In this document: positions 24,628-37,250 of the stretch, piece after piece
How positions within the stretch are numbered: position 1 is the first letter of the stretch
Layout of the letters: each line of letters opens with the position of its first letter
Assembly: GCF_018977255.1 (NCBI RefSeq)
Contig: NW_024704742.1
Location: forward strand, 2,792,001-2,856,000
Direction: 5' to 3'
DNA length: 64,000 bases
Origin: Callorhinchus milii
Lineage: Eukaryota
The notes under the pieces: model-generated
Databases searched by the model: none
What the model was told of the DNA's origin: nothing
Seen by the model: only the letters and a program-made list of their open reading frames with translations
Made by a program: the position numbers and the translations under genes

Positions 24628-24815
24628 CAGGGCGCTAAATTGGTCGCTTCAACCCACGGCTGTTTGTGGGGACGCCCGCTGTGCGCAATTGGCTGCCGCG
24701 TGTTGCCCACAAAATACACAGTCAATTCACCTTACAGTATGTTCTGTGAAGCGCTTTGAGACGTCTCGAAGACGTGATAAGGCGCTGCAACAAACGTAAG
24801 GATTATTATTATTTT
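24628..24815 (+). mobile_element. Young SINE, 5'-truncated
   Basis: Body and tail. Confidence 0.9.
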
Positions 24816-26084
24816 GTATGCAAGTTGTTGTTGTTCTACTACCGACGCCTGAATAGCGCTTCTTCTGGTTGTCACAGGGTCGCTAAGGCAGGCAGCAGCA
24901 GCAAGATATTCTTTGATAGCAGAACAAACAATTTTTGCTATGATTGCACCACTTGAATTTATTTAGCATCGCTAGCATTACCTCGTGGCATGTCGGGTGC
25001 AGAAAGGAGCTGTTTAATGGCAAGTGTGACTTGTATTACAGCAGTAGGGAAGACAGTTCTGTACATGTAATGCATCTCCCGCGCACTCCCTGTGGGATTG
25101 TAGCCTTCACTTTAGACTAATGGATGGTAATGTGAGGAAAGAAAAACACAAAAAAGAGAAAAGGAAAACAATATAGCCAAGAAACAGAAAATAATAAAGG
25201 CAATGAATACAAAGGTGTCAGAAGAATTGGGCAAACAAAACTAGACATAGCAAACCAGTGATGAAGTGAGGAATGAAGAAGCATTAGGACGTAATAGAAA
25301 TATATATATACATATACACATTTTTTTAAAAAAAATTTAATATTCTGTGAAGCCTTAACTGGGTAATCTATCCTAACCATTTTTATATACGTTCCCCTGA
25401 ACGGCCAGGATAAGGACAATGTTGATTTTTTTTCACAAGAAGTAAAAGCATACGCTTTTTAAATGGTTTTGTTGTGGAAACTTGTTTTGCCTTTCTGCGC
25501 TCCTGGTAGTTTGCCTCAAGCCCCAAGGGTGTATCTGTTTCTTCTGGGATGCACTGATTCGTTTGTGGGCTAACCAAACCCTCCGTGATCAAGTCTCTGT
25601 GATCAGCTACTAATGCGAGCCACGAATTCCCTGTAGAAATGGAGCTGCCATTGAGCTCTGGCCAAAGATACAGGACACGAGCGATGCAGCGCGCTGTGTG
25701 AAGCCGAGAGGAATCCATAAAGCCGTAGAGATTGCCTGTTAACGTGCAGAATGCTCGACTTGCTGGAATGCTCCCAGGTCCGGGTTCGTACAGCGTTCAT
25801 ACATATGTAGGGAATATCCTTCTAACACTTCCAATTATCAGGAACACCTCTGGGCTCTGATACAGCGGTTTTCAACATTTCCAAAGATTAAGAGTCTGTT
25901 TGTGCAAAACAACCACGAACTCGAGTTGCCCTGTGGGCATTATTGTGCAATGCCGGCTACAGGAAGGCTGTGTTGTTAAGTGTAGGTGTACAAAAGTGCA
26001 CTTCATCAATATTGAAGGGATGCTTTATTAACATGAATAACATTCCGGTAGCTAAGAGCAATAGATATGAAAAATACAGTGCTT

Positions 26085-26820
26085 TCTAGAGAAACGTGCT
26101 CTGATGTAGAGCCTTTCACACAGAGTAACATCTCACAGCTTTACACGGCTACCCACGCAGGTGCGGGGACGGAGGGAGGGGTTGGGGGTACGAGGATGGC
26201 GACTGAAGGCACAGTAGTGTTTTGGGAAGGTTTTGAAAACGGAGGCAGAGGGCTTGAGGTGTAAGGAATTATAGCAAAATTCCGGAGAGCAGAGACAAAG
26301 TGTCTGAATGCTTGCCCACCAGTGGTGGCTCAGAGGAGGTGAGGAATGAACCACAGGTCTGTTAGAAAAACGGAGAGAGTAATATAATAATAATTCTTAC
26401 ACTTGGTATTGAGCCTTTCACATCAGGAGGATGTCCCAAGCTGCTTCACGTGATGTACTGTAACGTGCAATAACTGTTTTGTGGGGCAAACACGATAGCC
26501 GATTTGCACACACCAGAGTGTCTCACAAATATCCATGAAGATATAATAATCCTTCTCTTTTCGAATAATGCCTTTAACATCCACCTGAACAGGCAGACAG
26601 GACCTTGATTTAAGGATTCATCATAAGGATGGCACCTCTGATAATGCAAACGCACATCAGCACTGCATTGGAGTGTCAGCTTAGATTATCTGATTCCAAG
26701 TCCCAATTTAACCACTCATCGACGAGAATGGCACCACTGAGCCAAACTGATTGAGGGATTGTTGGTCAGGACACCCAGAGAAACTCCCTTCTCCTTTCGA
26801 GTAGTGCCATGAGATCTTCA
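26085..26820 (-). mobile_element. L2 3' fragment (about 26085-26365) followed by old Deu SINE pieces (26385-26820)
   Basis: Reverse complements of the L2 tail region and the Deu core (ccacctgaacaggcagac, gtagtgccatg). Confidence 0.7.
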
Positions 26821-27644
26821 TTTTTTTACATGCACAAGGAAGTGGGACTGCAGGAGATCCTGGAGGTACCCTGAAGGAAGTCCTTGGAGGATCTAGAAAG
26901 CTAGAAGGAGAATCTTGAAATGAATCCACTGCGGAAAAGTGAACTCGTAGAATCCTGGGGAAGATTTTTTTTTTAACAGTGAAAGTTGTGCAATGTTGAC
27001 ACAAACACGGCTGAAATGCTTTTTAATGTCCTGAAGTTTTCTTATTATTTAATCCCAAGAGAATTAAAACAGAGACGGAATCCCTGAGAGTTTTGCCTGT
27101 CGAGTGTCCGGATAAGATTTTTAATTGGCACAAGAAAAATGCTGCAGGTGGTTTTGAGCTTCCGAGTTCCTTTCAAAAACACAGACGAGAGTTGTTTTAT
27201 TTTTCTTTCGCTTAAAAAAAAGTACGGAAAGGCAAAGATCCAATTGACTCATAAATACCTATATGTATATGCAATGAGAAGTCAAAGAGACTTAAATGGC
27301 CTCAATGTTTTTTCTGAAGGGAAGAAGGCAAAGAAGATGTACGCAGATTGGATCGGATTGATGACATTTATCCCAGCGCAAGTTTAGTGCTTTTTGGAAT
27401 TTCTTCCAGACGTGAAAGGTGCTATATATATATATATTTGTAGTGCTGCCAATCACCAGCTCCTGCATTTTCCATCCTGCATGATGATTCAGTCTCATTT
27501 TAAGAAAGCCGCACTTTCAGTCTGGATGAGGAAGAGCTTTTGGCTATCTGATCTGATCCCTTGAGAACACCAACCATAAATCGCGTCACCTTTCCTGGCA
27601 ACCTGTTCCAATCACTGATTGCCCTCTGCATAAAGAAAAGCTTT

Positions 27645-27946
27645 GTCAGAGGTGCCATCGTTTGGATGAAATGTCAAACAGAGGTCCTCTTCAGATGAAC
27701 CTTAAAGATACCATGGCGCTGTTTGAAAGGAGAAGGGAGTTTTTCTTGATGTCCCGCCCAACAAATTCCCCAAATGAAATAACTCACTCACTCCATGTGG
27801 GCCATGGCTGTGTGACAAACTGACTGACACCTTTCGTCCACAAAATACACAGTCAATCCACTTTACACTATATCCTGTGAAGCGCTTTGAGACATGATAA
27901 GGTGCTATATCAAAAGCAAGGATTATTATTATTATTATTATTATTA
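27645..27946 (+). mobile_element. Deu-domain SINE, 5'-truncated
   Basis: gtcagaggtgccatc...gatgaaatgtcaaac core plus (TTA)n; a CR1 minus fragment lies at about 27470-27640. Confidence 0.8.
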
Positions 27947-28993
27947 AATCCCTATGTGGTGATGGGTAGTTGTGCCAAAATTACGGGAATAATACCTTCT
28001 GAGTATTGAAGGAGTATTGTCTGTGCATCGCAACCCAAACCACGGCGTTCACATGTTCTACACTCTGAGTTGTTTAACTCCGGAAGCAGCTGAATGAACA
28101 AGTAAGATTAACCTTGAAATTTTCTCCCCAACAGACCCTCACTAAAAGTAATTTGGAAGGACTGCAGGATATCAATCGGACGTTATAATTTTGCACTATT
28201 ATACTTTGATCGGTTCAATCCCAAAAGGATTTTTATGTGTAACCAATTTTCCCTCTTCTGAAGGAACCGATTCTACTGGTGTACAATCGATCTGCTATCT
28301 CTTCCATTCCCTCAGCAACTCTACAAAGCCCAGTCCATCCCCCTCTCTGGATGAGGCTTTCCTGACAACTTACTCCGCCTGCTGACTGGGATACAAGAAT
28401 ACTCTTGGGTGACACGATCCTGCGCTCAGCTCTAGCCTCTGATCTTTTCTCTCTCTATCACGACTCTTCTTGACCCTCCTCTACTGTTGGTATCAATGCG
28501 GTCATTCCTTCTGTGAAAGTTCCTCCCCCGTCGCTGAGTGTTTTTATGCACTGTGCTGCACGTTCTTCCTGTGTTGAAATGGAAACTCTTCGTCCCACCA
28601 CCTCCTATTCCAGCTCGGTCTTTTCCAGTATCTCCAGACTGAGAATCTTTGCTTAGTCAGCGCGGAGCTCACGTGAACGGCTGTTCCGTTACATTTTTTT
28701 GAGAGAGAAAACACCCGTCCTCAGACTTCTTCACGTGCAGTAAGCCACCCAGCATTCTCACCCTATGCCACTGTACCCGCACATAGAAATCAACCCTTCC
28801 TCTTCTCATCGCTCTCCTGGTCACTGTGCTCGTGACTTTACTTGTGAAGCACTTCTCGATGCCTCAATAACTTGACAAGATCTACATCGAATACTATTTA
28901 CTATTGACTGATATTGCCTCACCTCCGGGAGGAGAAGGAAAACAGAGTACTTTCTGAAGGAGTTTCATGCTCATTACATCCAATCATCGGGTC

Positions 28994-29328
28994 TAATAAT
29001 AATAATAATAATAATAATAATCCTTGCATTTGATATAGCGCTTTTCACGTCGGGAGGACGTCCCAAAGCGCTTCACAGAAGATACTGTAAAGTGAATTGA
29101 CTGTATATTTGTGGGCGAACGCGGCAGCTAATTGCGCACAGCAATGTCCCACAAACAGTCGTGGATTGGAAATGACCAATTTATTATTGTTTTTGGTTTT
29201 GGAGGGATTATTATTAGGCTCTGTGTGGAGTAAGGAAACTTGCCCGAGGTTTCGCCCTCTGCCTGGAATTGAACTCAGGTCTCTCACTTGCAAAGCGAGT
29301 GCTCTAACCACTGAGCTACAGGACTCCA
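28994..29328 (-). mobile_element. Young SINE, full length (variant A)
   Basis: Complete element; TSD ctaataat at 28993-29000 and 29329-29336. Confidence 0.95.
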
Positions 29329-30394
29329 CTAATAATCCTATACCAGTAAAGCCCCATATTTTTGGTTGTTTTAGAGTGATAAAGTGCTGGATTGTCAGAG
29401 GTAACGACAAGTGGTTTCATTTTTAAAGTAGTTGTGCTGACGAAAAACCCTCTTTGCAGTGTTTACTAACGGTTCAATGCACCCTGGAATAAAATTGCTC
29501 CCCACCACTAACAGGTTGGTAACATATTGCATTTGACTGATAACATTGAAATGGAATATTTTACTTCCATGACTGTTACCTCCGTCCAGTTCACTTGACA
29601 TGAAATACAGTCAGGTGATGAAGAGATTTGAAGTGAGCCTGAAATAATTGTGCAAAATGAGATATGTGTGGCACCCAGACCTAATAATATTCTCTGAGGA
29701 GCAGGTGAGCAGCTCTGAGCCATAAACATGCCATGTTAGAATGTTTCACTTTCCCGGAAAACATCTCCGAAATGAACTCTGCTTTGGGGTAGATAACCTG
29801 TGTTCAGTATTGCGGTAAACTAGGTGCTACAATTGTGCCCAGGCAAACCATTTAAGTACGTGCTGTTTTACTGCAAAGTGCAAGTTAAGCAGTGACAACA
29901 TCTTAACTTCGCTGTAAAATCAATAACAGCATAATCTATAATCTTTGCATTTAATATAGCACCTTTCACAGCATTGAAACAACTCAAAGCGCTCGATAGG
30001 ATATTATTGTAAAGTGTTGTAGTTTAACATCTCATTCCACAATGCCGCACTCTCCCAGAACTGCCCTAGAGTGTCAGGGGCTTGAATTCACAACCTTCTC
30101 ACTCAAAGGCAAGACTGCTACCAGCTGAGTTGGGAAAGTGGGAAGGTTGGAAGATGGTTGGCCACAGTAAGGTTAAAGCGAGAAGTGTTAAGAAGGTGGA
30201 GCAGAGGTGGGAGCAGTAAAGCTGAGCAGTAGATCAGGGATGGCGGAGTGGAGTTGGGCTGGAAAAAACAATGATTAGATGAGCTTTGATCAACGATTGG
30301 ACAAACTAAGGCTCTTCAGTCTCGAGGGAGGTTCAGAGATAGCTTGGGGCACAGGCATGGGAGGATTTGATGACCAGGATAATAATAATACTTA

Positions 30395-30560
30395 CATTTT
30401 TTTGAAGGAATTATTACCCCCTCGAAAAGCGATCCACCAATCGACTAACAACTGGGTTCCTACTTACTACTCGGTAAACAGAGGGGTGTGGCGTAAGGAA
30501 ACTTGCCCAATTTCGCCCGGCTTGCGAGGCGAGTGCTCTAACTACTAAGCTACAGGACTA
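30395..30560 (-). mobile_element. SINE variant B, head half
   Basis: Head and B segment in reverse; a + strand tail at 30833-30931. Confidence 0.85.
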
Positions 30561-31004
30561 CATGATGAAGATCTTGGCTTGTTTCTCTGGGTACTAAGTC
30601 AATGGAGCCTGGAGGGAATTGAGTAATGAATATCCCAAGCAGGTGCAGGAGAGGACGAGGGGTGTAGAGTTGTAAATAAGCTGGAGTTATTGAGGATTTA
30701 TCTTTTATCCCAAGATGAGGACATCAGACTTCCATAGTGTATTTCTGATCTTTCTACTAAGCTCATTGATCCCCAGAATTGGTGTTGAAGCTCTGAAGTT
30801 CTCTCGCCAGGTCTCACTATAATAGTTAAAATGTGTTTCGCCCACAAAATATACAGTTCTGTAAAATGCTTCGAGACATTTCAACAACATAATAAGGCGC
30901 TATATCAAATGCAAGGATTATTATTATTATTAGGTACAGTTCTGATTGTTTCAATACAAGGGATTGCCTAGGCCCAAGAGGCACCGCAGAGGGAAAAAAA
31001 CGGT

Positions 31005-31320
31005 GATTAAATGAGCTATGCGAGCAGCGATTAGACAACTTAGGGCTTTTCAGTCTCGAGAGGACTCAGAGGGAAACTTGTAGAGGTATGTGAAGATTTT
31101 AAAAGATTGAAAACAGAACAAGAACAATACTTGCGGATGCAGCACGGCAGTGGAACAAGTGGACTTAGGTTTAGAGTGATAAAGGGCAATATCGGGACAG
31201 TTACCAGGAAGTTTTTCGTCACTCAGACGTGTTTGATGACTGGAACATAATGGTTAACAGGAAAGGTGCTTGAGGCCAGGACCCTGGACCTCTGTGGGGT
31301 TTATACTATTGAGTACGAGG
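31005..31320 (+). mobile_element. CR1 LINE 3' fragment
   Basis: RLDNLGLFSLE-like motif and RxxFFxxRV-like end; a similar short piece at 30270-30340. Confidence 0.7.
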
Positions 31321-31889
31321 TGCGTGTCTTCCAAAAGTAGAGTGATTCGGAGTGTGAACCCTGACTTACACTTGACCTGTCCCCGATGGCTCTCCCTGGA
31401 GGCTGAGCAGAGGCTGTGAGCTTGCGTGCGCAGAGCTGACCGGGGCTCGTTCTTAAACAGCATAAAAGAGGCCGTGCCAGTCAAACAACGCGGTCTCCAA
31501 CCCAGAACAGCGAGCGAGCAAGCCTGGGATAATTGTGGACTGAAACGCCTCAGTAAACATTGTGACAAATCCAGGAGAGTTAATGAACAGCCTATTCACA
31601 GGATGCTTTTAACGGCTACCCCCACTGCCTGATATCTTTCCGCAGCTGCCAAGTACTGCTTGGTTCAGTTCCACTGCATTGTTTCAGGATCAGGCTCCTG
31701 GCAAAGACCCACGAAGGACTCGTGGAATTATTCACCCAGTACCCTATGCACAAGCATCTTTTGCTACGAGATTCGAACGTTGAATCCAAACAGGCTGCCA
31801 TTTAATGTTCGCCCTGTTTGCTTGTGGAATGCTTCGTGAGACGTATCTGGGCAGTCTCCATTGTCACCACCAAGTTGTTAAATAGATGC

Positions 31890-32180
31890 GATAATCATAA
31901 TAATAATAATAATGATAATAATAATATAATCCTTGCATTTGATACAGCGCCTTATCACGTCTTCGAGACGTCTCAAAGCGCGGAATATACGGTAAAGTGA
32001 ATTGACTGTATGTTTGTGGACGAGACGCTATCCTTGTAGTTTGGTACAGCAGTAATGCCTGTAGCGTGGAGAACATCTCAAAACGGTGTTAGAAAGTTTC
32101 TGTAAAGTGTATTTATAGATGCTCACGACAGCCGATTTGCGCCCAGCCGTGTCCCACAACCAGCCATGAAGCGAATTATT
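31890..32180 (-). mobile_element. Two tandem SINE 3' fragments
   Basis: (AAT)n plus ccttgcatttgatacagcgcc; an older copy follows. Confidence 0.8.
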
Positions 32181-33324
32181 AATTTTAGCGCCAGTGGAAA
32201 AGATAATGATGTTGTCTGCTTGTGGTCTTGTTGATTCCTGAAACAAGTTGGGAGGAAGTCAGCAGGAGAGAGTGAGAGGAAATTACATGTGATACGATAA
32301 TTGTCACAGGTGATAATGATCATGCCACGGAACTGCATATTTCCCCTTCGAGGATCTGATATCAGTTTAAAATCCTGAGTTCATCCAGAACCCGTTCTGC
32401 CCGAGCACTTTCCTTCACACGCTCGCGAACGATGGCACTTACGCACGCAGAACCCTCCTCACCCTCACCGCACCCACACTGCCACGGACACCCTCCCATT
32501 CCTATCCAGACCCCCATGCGCACAGTGCGTGATGCTATCAGACGGACTAGACATTGATCTGGAACCTATCCACGGTTTTACCACGTTGATCCATTTGGTG
32601 TTTCCTGTCGCAGTCAGAGACGGGCCTTATTTTCCTGTGAACACATATAAATTGGGATTGAAACGCTTACCTCCTGACGGCTTCATTCAATTCTCAGTTC
32701 TAACCGTGACTTCGCATTGCGCAAAAAAAAATGGCAGCCTGCTGTCTTTCTTTTTTTGAGTTAAAGGAATCGTTTGAAAATGAAATAGGCCAATTGGCAG
32801 TGGAATCGTGCAGATATGCGCAAGGCAGATGCGCAGGTAGTCCATCCTTTTGGCTACTGAGGCAACTGGACGCCTGATTTGAGAAATGTCCACCGGCTGC
32901 ATTAGATTATACTTTTTTAACCGCCTCCAACACAAAGCTGCCTTTCAAGCCCGTATACAAGTATTTCGCCCACAAATCTGCGGTCAGTTCACTTTACAGT
33001 CTATTCTGCGAAGCGCTTTGAGACGTCGAGAAGACGTGAAAAGCGCTATATCAAATGCAAGGATTGGTACTGTTGTGTTGTAAGGAGGACATCTGCATGG
33101 TGGGCAAGGTCAGAAGAAACCGAGAGAAGTTTATATCAGTTACCTGGCCTTGGCGAATTTGGAGTTAAGAACAAGCTAAGGATTCTGCTTGCGGAGCAAG
33201 TTTCAGGACAGGCTCTAAGTCGCTCACTCTGAATACGGCAAGACATTTTTATGTTTCCCTTCCAGGAAGGTAACTCCTAAAAATCATATGAAATCCTATG
33301 TTTTAAATTGTGCAACTGATTACG

Positions 33325-33546
33325 CCTAATAATAATCCCTCCAAAACCAAAAACAATAATAAATTGGTCATTTTCAATCTACGACTGTTTGTGGGACATT
33401 GCTGTGCGCAATTGACCGCCGCGTTCGCCCACAAATATACAGTCAATTCACTTTACAGTGTGTTCTGTGAAGCGCTTTGGGACGTCCTTCCGACATGAAA
33501 AGCGCTATATGAAATGCAAGGATTATTATTATTATTATTATTATTA
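33325..33546 (+). mobile_element. Young SINE variant A, 5'-truncated
   Basis: Nearly identical to the 9511-9833 body; another tail at 32962-33066. Confidence 0.93.
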
Positions 33547-33792
33547 CTTCACTTCGCTGTGTATTAACTGCCATGCAAACCTTAAATAGGCGATGTAAAA
33601 AGTCATTAAAATTTTAAAAGAATAATACAGCCAGTGACGAGGTGTCTTTCTATGTGTCTCTCTCTTTCTCTGTCTGTGTCTGTCCCTATATCTCTCTCTC
33701 TCTCTCTCTCTCTCTGCCTGTGTGCCTCTGTATCTACCTGTGTGCATTTCTCTCCCTCGATCTCCTTCTGTATGAGTATCTTTCCTGCGACT

Positions 33793-34030
33793 GAATCGTA
33801 GAATCATAGAATTGTACAGCACAAAAAGAGGCCATTCGGCCCATCGAGTCTGTGCGGCTCTTTGAATAGAGCAATTAATGTCAATCCCACTCCCCAGCCC
33901 TTTCCCCATAACCCTGCAAACCCGTCCTCCTCAAATACCCCTCCACCGCATTTTTAAAAGTAGTTGGATCGGCCTCGATCGCTCTTTCAGGCAATGCGTT
34001 CCAAGTTGACGGGTTCCACTACAAAACACT
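33793..34030 (-). mobile_element. CR1-type LINE 3' end
   Basis: agaatcatagaattgtacagcac...aggccattcggcccatcgagtctg; preceded by a (TC)n-rich tract at 33645-33780. Confidence 0.8.
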
Positions 34031-34754
34031 GCTGTTTTCCCCACCGGGTCAGACCGAGCCTGGAGCTCCGGACGCAAAGTGTGAGCGTGTTCGTGGGCCG
34101 GATGAACGCGTCCCGGTTGGACCATCCTCTTTTATCGCGTGAGCTAAGACTCTTGGAAGTCGGTTGTGCTTTCGGGCTTGCTGCAGCAAACCACGAGCAA
34201 AGTTCAGATCAAAAACTCGTGTGAGTCGCTGCCCTGTCTTTTCACGTGGACTGAAAGCCGAGCGGCCGAATTTCCCGCACGAGGGTGGTGGGCTTGGGCG
34301 CCGACAGGTTCTCGCTCCTCTGGCGCGATTGAAGCGGTGTAAGCGTTCTCGCTGCGACTTTCCTCGGAATTCGGGGAGGCCGGCTGTCAGCTTTCGAACG
34401 CCAACTGCAAAGAACAGCAGCTCAGTGTTTAAACGGCGAATGTTTTGCACCAGCCTTCTGCTGTCACAAGGTGTCTCTATTGCAATCCGTAACAAGTGGC
34501 ATTCGCTGTGTTGACAGCGAGCAAATAACGTAGAAGAGCAACAGCAGCCCGTCCCTGAAACTTGCTACACAGACCGAATCCCTGGCCTTCGCTTAATTCC
34601 AAAATTGACCTTTTGCCGTCTTGTCGGGGCTCATCCATCGGAACGGCCTCCCTGTTTTTTTTTTCGCGTAGCTTATGCTTACGAGCGCACTGAGTTACCC
34701 TTGGAGGTTACCCGACTGATTGTTCATTCGATGCTAATATTTGTGTTCCCACAG

Positions 34755-34907
34755 CTGAGCTCCTCCGTCATGGACACGGTTCTGAAGGGGACGTTCAACG
34801 CCACGCTCCAAAACCCGCTGCTGAATCAGCCGGAGTCTCCCCGGCAAACCGAACCCAAAATGAGCCTGCCCGCTCCGCTTCAGGCCTGATCCAACCGTTT
34901 CCCGGCA
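34755..34907 (+). CDS. Candidate internal exon, 153 nt, phase 1-1 (A-ELLRHGHGSEGDVQRHAPKPAAESAGVSPANRTQNEPARSASGLIQPFPG)
   Basis: Branch-like gctaat plus ttgtgttcccacag acceptor; donor GCA|gtaagt; GC-rich; length divisible by 3; phase-1 frame open. The phase-0 frame stops at 34887-34889. Confidence 0.45.
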
Positions 34908-35026
34908 GTAAGTAACCAACGCTTTTTTTTTAAAGTCACGCCATTCCCCAACCCTCACCCCCACCCACGCGGATCTCACCCAGGCCGACTCATCTCTCAG
35001 TCATGTTGGGTAGCTGTTTGCCCCCT

Positions 35027-35106
35027 CACACACACACACACACAAACACACATATACACACGAGAGAGAGAAAGAGAGAGAGAGTGAGTGAAAGTGCGAG
35101 GGAGAG
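35027..35106. repeat. Compound (CA)n(GA)n microsatellite
   Basis: Direct reading. Confidence 0.9.
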
Positions 35107-37019
35107 AAAACACAAGAGGAAGAAATCACTACGACTGAAAGAAGATTGAGGGAAGTTGGATATAGGCTTAGTTTTCACGATTCACAGCAGCCAGATCATA
35201 TATTCTTCAGTGCAATTCATACGTATGGTGAAAACTAGACCTGTGGATAGAAAAATAAAGAAACGATGACCTTTTTCTACCCACATAACCAGAACTGGGT
35301 GTTTCGTAAAATATGACGGCACTTAAACACGATCTGCCCTTCGCAAGAAAGCCCTCTGCGGTTTTCTTTCTTTCCGTCTGAAATAGATTACATAAAACAT
35401 TTTGTCCGGGGCATTAATATCATTGCATCAATAAAGTTGTCGACTGCTGCTCCAACGTTCGTTGTTTTTTTATCAGTAGGAATAATAAAAATCTTTGTGA
35501 AGAAAGCAGTACATTAAACAACCAAGTCTTTTGAGGTCTGGAGCCTTGATAAGCAGTGCTGGGGGTTACTGAAGGGACAGTGGTCCTTTACGGGCCTCAG
35601 AAAAGCACAAGTATTGGTCTGTGCAATCCACCCAGTCTGTTTCCTGCGCAATTACAGGACATAAATCAGCCGATAGTTCTCAGCAGAGGGTTTAAGCTGC
35701 CCTTTCCATTCCTATAAATCTCCGAAGCCAGGAAGAAATTAGTGCATTCAGAGCGTTCATCTCACAAGGTTAATGTTAAATTGGCAACGAAAGTTATTGC
35801 TAACCAATGAGACAGTTCAAAGAAGTTTTCAGTGCTATTCATTGTTACCTCTTACTGTGTATTATCTGATGACATGCTGTAATTATACTGTATTGGTGCT
35901 TTCATAAGCAGCCTATTAATCTAATGGGCAAATGTCCCATTCTCTTAGTACCAAGTCTTCACGAAACTGTCTGCAGCTAATTCAGCCGCAGTTATTTATG
36001 GGCGAATACATCACTTTACTCAGTCTTTCATCAAGCACAGTTCTTTACTTCTTCAGCTAATCAAAACCAAATAACTCACGGAGTATTTTGCCAAACCTCT
36101 GGAGTGAATAAATCACGGTGTACTTTATGTGCACTTCTCTTATAAGTGCACCGGACTATGTTTGCTCGCAGCATCCAAACCAGCAGCGGTTTTATACGTA
36201 CTATCAGTTGCTAATCAGGGTCATGTTACAAAAACACTTTGTGCTTTTTAATGACAGAATGTAATGTTCGCTAAAAGCTTTTAAAGAGATTATCCTTCCT
36301 CTGGCCTTCCGAGGGAGTTGGCCACTTCTTAACATTTCCCTGATGGAGTTCAGTTGTGGAAAAACACATCGACTCCACCTTTTGCAGGACGGTTCCCATT
36401 TTCATACCAGCGGGCGACTGTTTTTCTGCCCCTTGTGGGACAGACCCCCTCGGTCACCCGTCAGCCTGGAGATAAACCCTAGCCGGTGAAATAGCTATGT
36501 GAGCCACGCTGTAACCGTGTGAGCCCGTGCGTGTACTCTGTCAGACACTGAGCAGTCTGTTACAAAGGAGCCATGTGCGTTCATTTAGCACCGCTGGCGG
36601 TAGGAAAGTTAATATTGTGATTCCACCACTGGGAAACCATCAAGTGGCCTTTATTGGTGCTGTTAACACTGCTTCCGCCAGTTTAGAGAACAGCCTCTGC
36701 TTTTTTTTTGCGCCGGCTGGCTGCGCAAGGTGCCCCACGTCCCGTTCGGGGCCCCCGCTCACCAGATCGAAGCGAGGTCTTTGTGAAGCCCAACCCATTC
36801 AGTCCCCACCCTTCCAGGATACCCACAGCAGCTTCTTCGCAGGGACCCCAAGCGGTTTCAGGAAAGGGGCAGAGCAGCCACTGAGCTCCGTTTGCCTGCG
36901 CCCGAGTGACAACGTCCTTCGGACGAGATGTTAAACCCGTCCCCGCTATTCGAAAAGGGAAGGGAGTTTTTCCTGGCGTCCTGGCCAACAACCTCCCAAA
37001 TATTGGTCGCTCATTCTGA

Positions 37020-37250
37020 CGACAGCACAGCTAGCCTGATCCATCGGCAAGACTAGGAAGGGCGGACTGGTCACTGGGGTGTCAGGGGCTCTCCTCACTC
37101 AGCTCCCGCTGACCCTGAAAGCCAAAGCCCAAACAGGCGGGGTGGTCCGAGCTGGAAGAGCAGCGGGAACATTTCCAGCTATCAGTGGCACGCTACGCAG
37201 TTTTAGCTGGTTAGACTCCAGCAGGGGTTCCGCAGACGCCCGGCTGACCA
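37020..37250 (+). repeat. Unclassified old repeat family X
   Basis: Aligns with 20210-20465; directly follows a Deu core fragment at 36905-37015. Confidence 0.65.

Noticed and set aside
29045..29426. Recurring near-identical ORFs suggesting a small gene family
   Set aside because: They are SINE translations seen on both strands.
29590..29704. Exon-like segment with a good acceptor and CAG|gtgagc
   Set aside because: Stops in all three frames; at most non-coding or a pseudo-exon.
34755..34907. Slight peptide resemblance to N-terminal alternative exons of ADGRL3 and to CNTN5/KIRREL leaders
   Set aside because: Only a few scattered residues match and the conserved neighbouring exons are absent, so no symbol was assigned.
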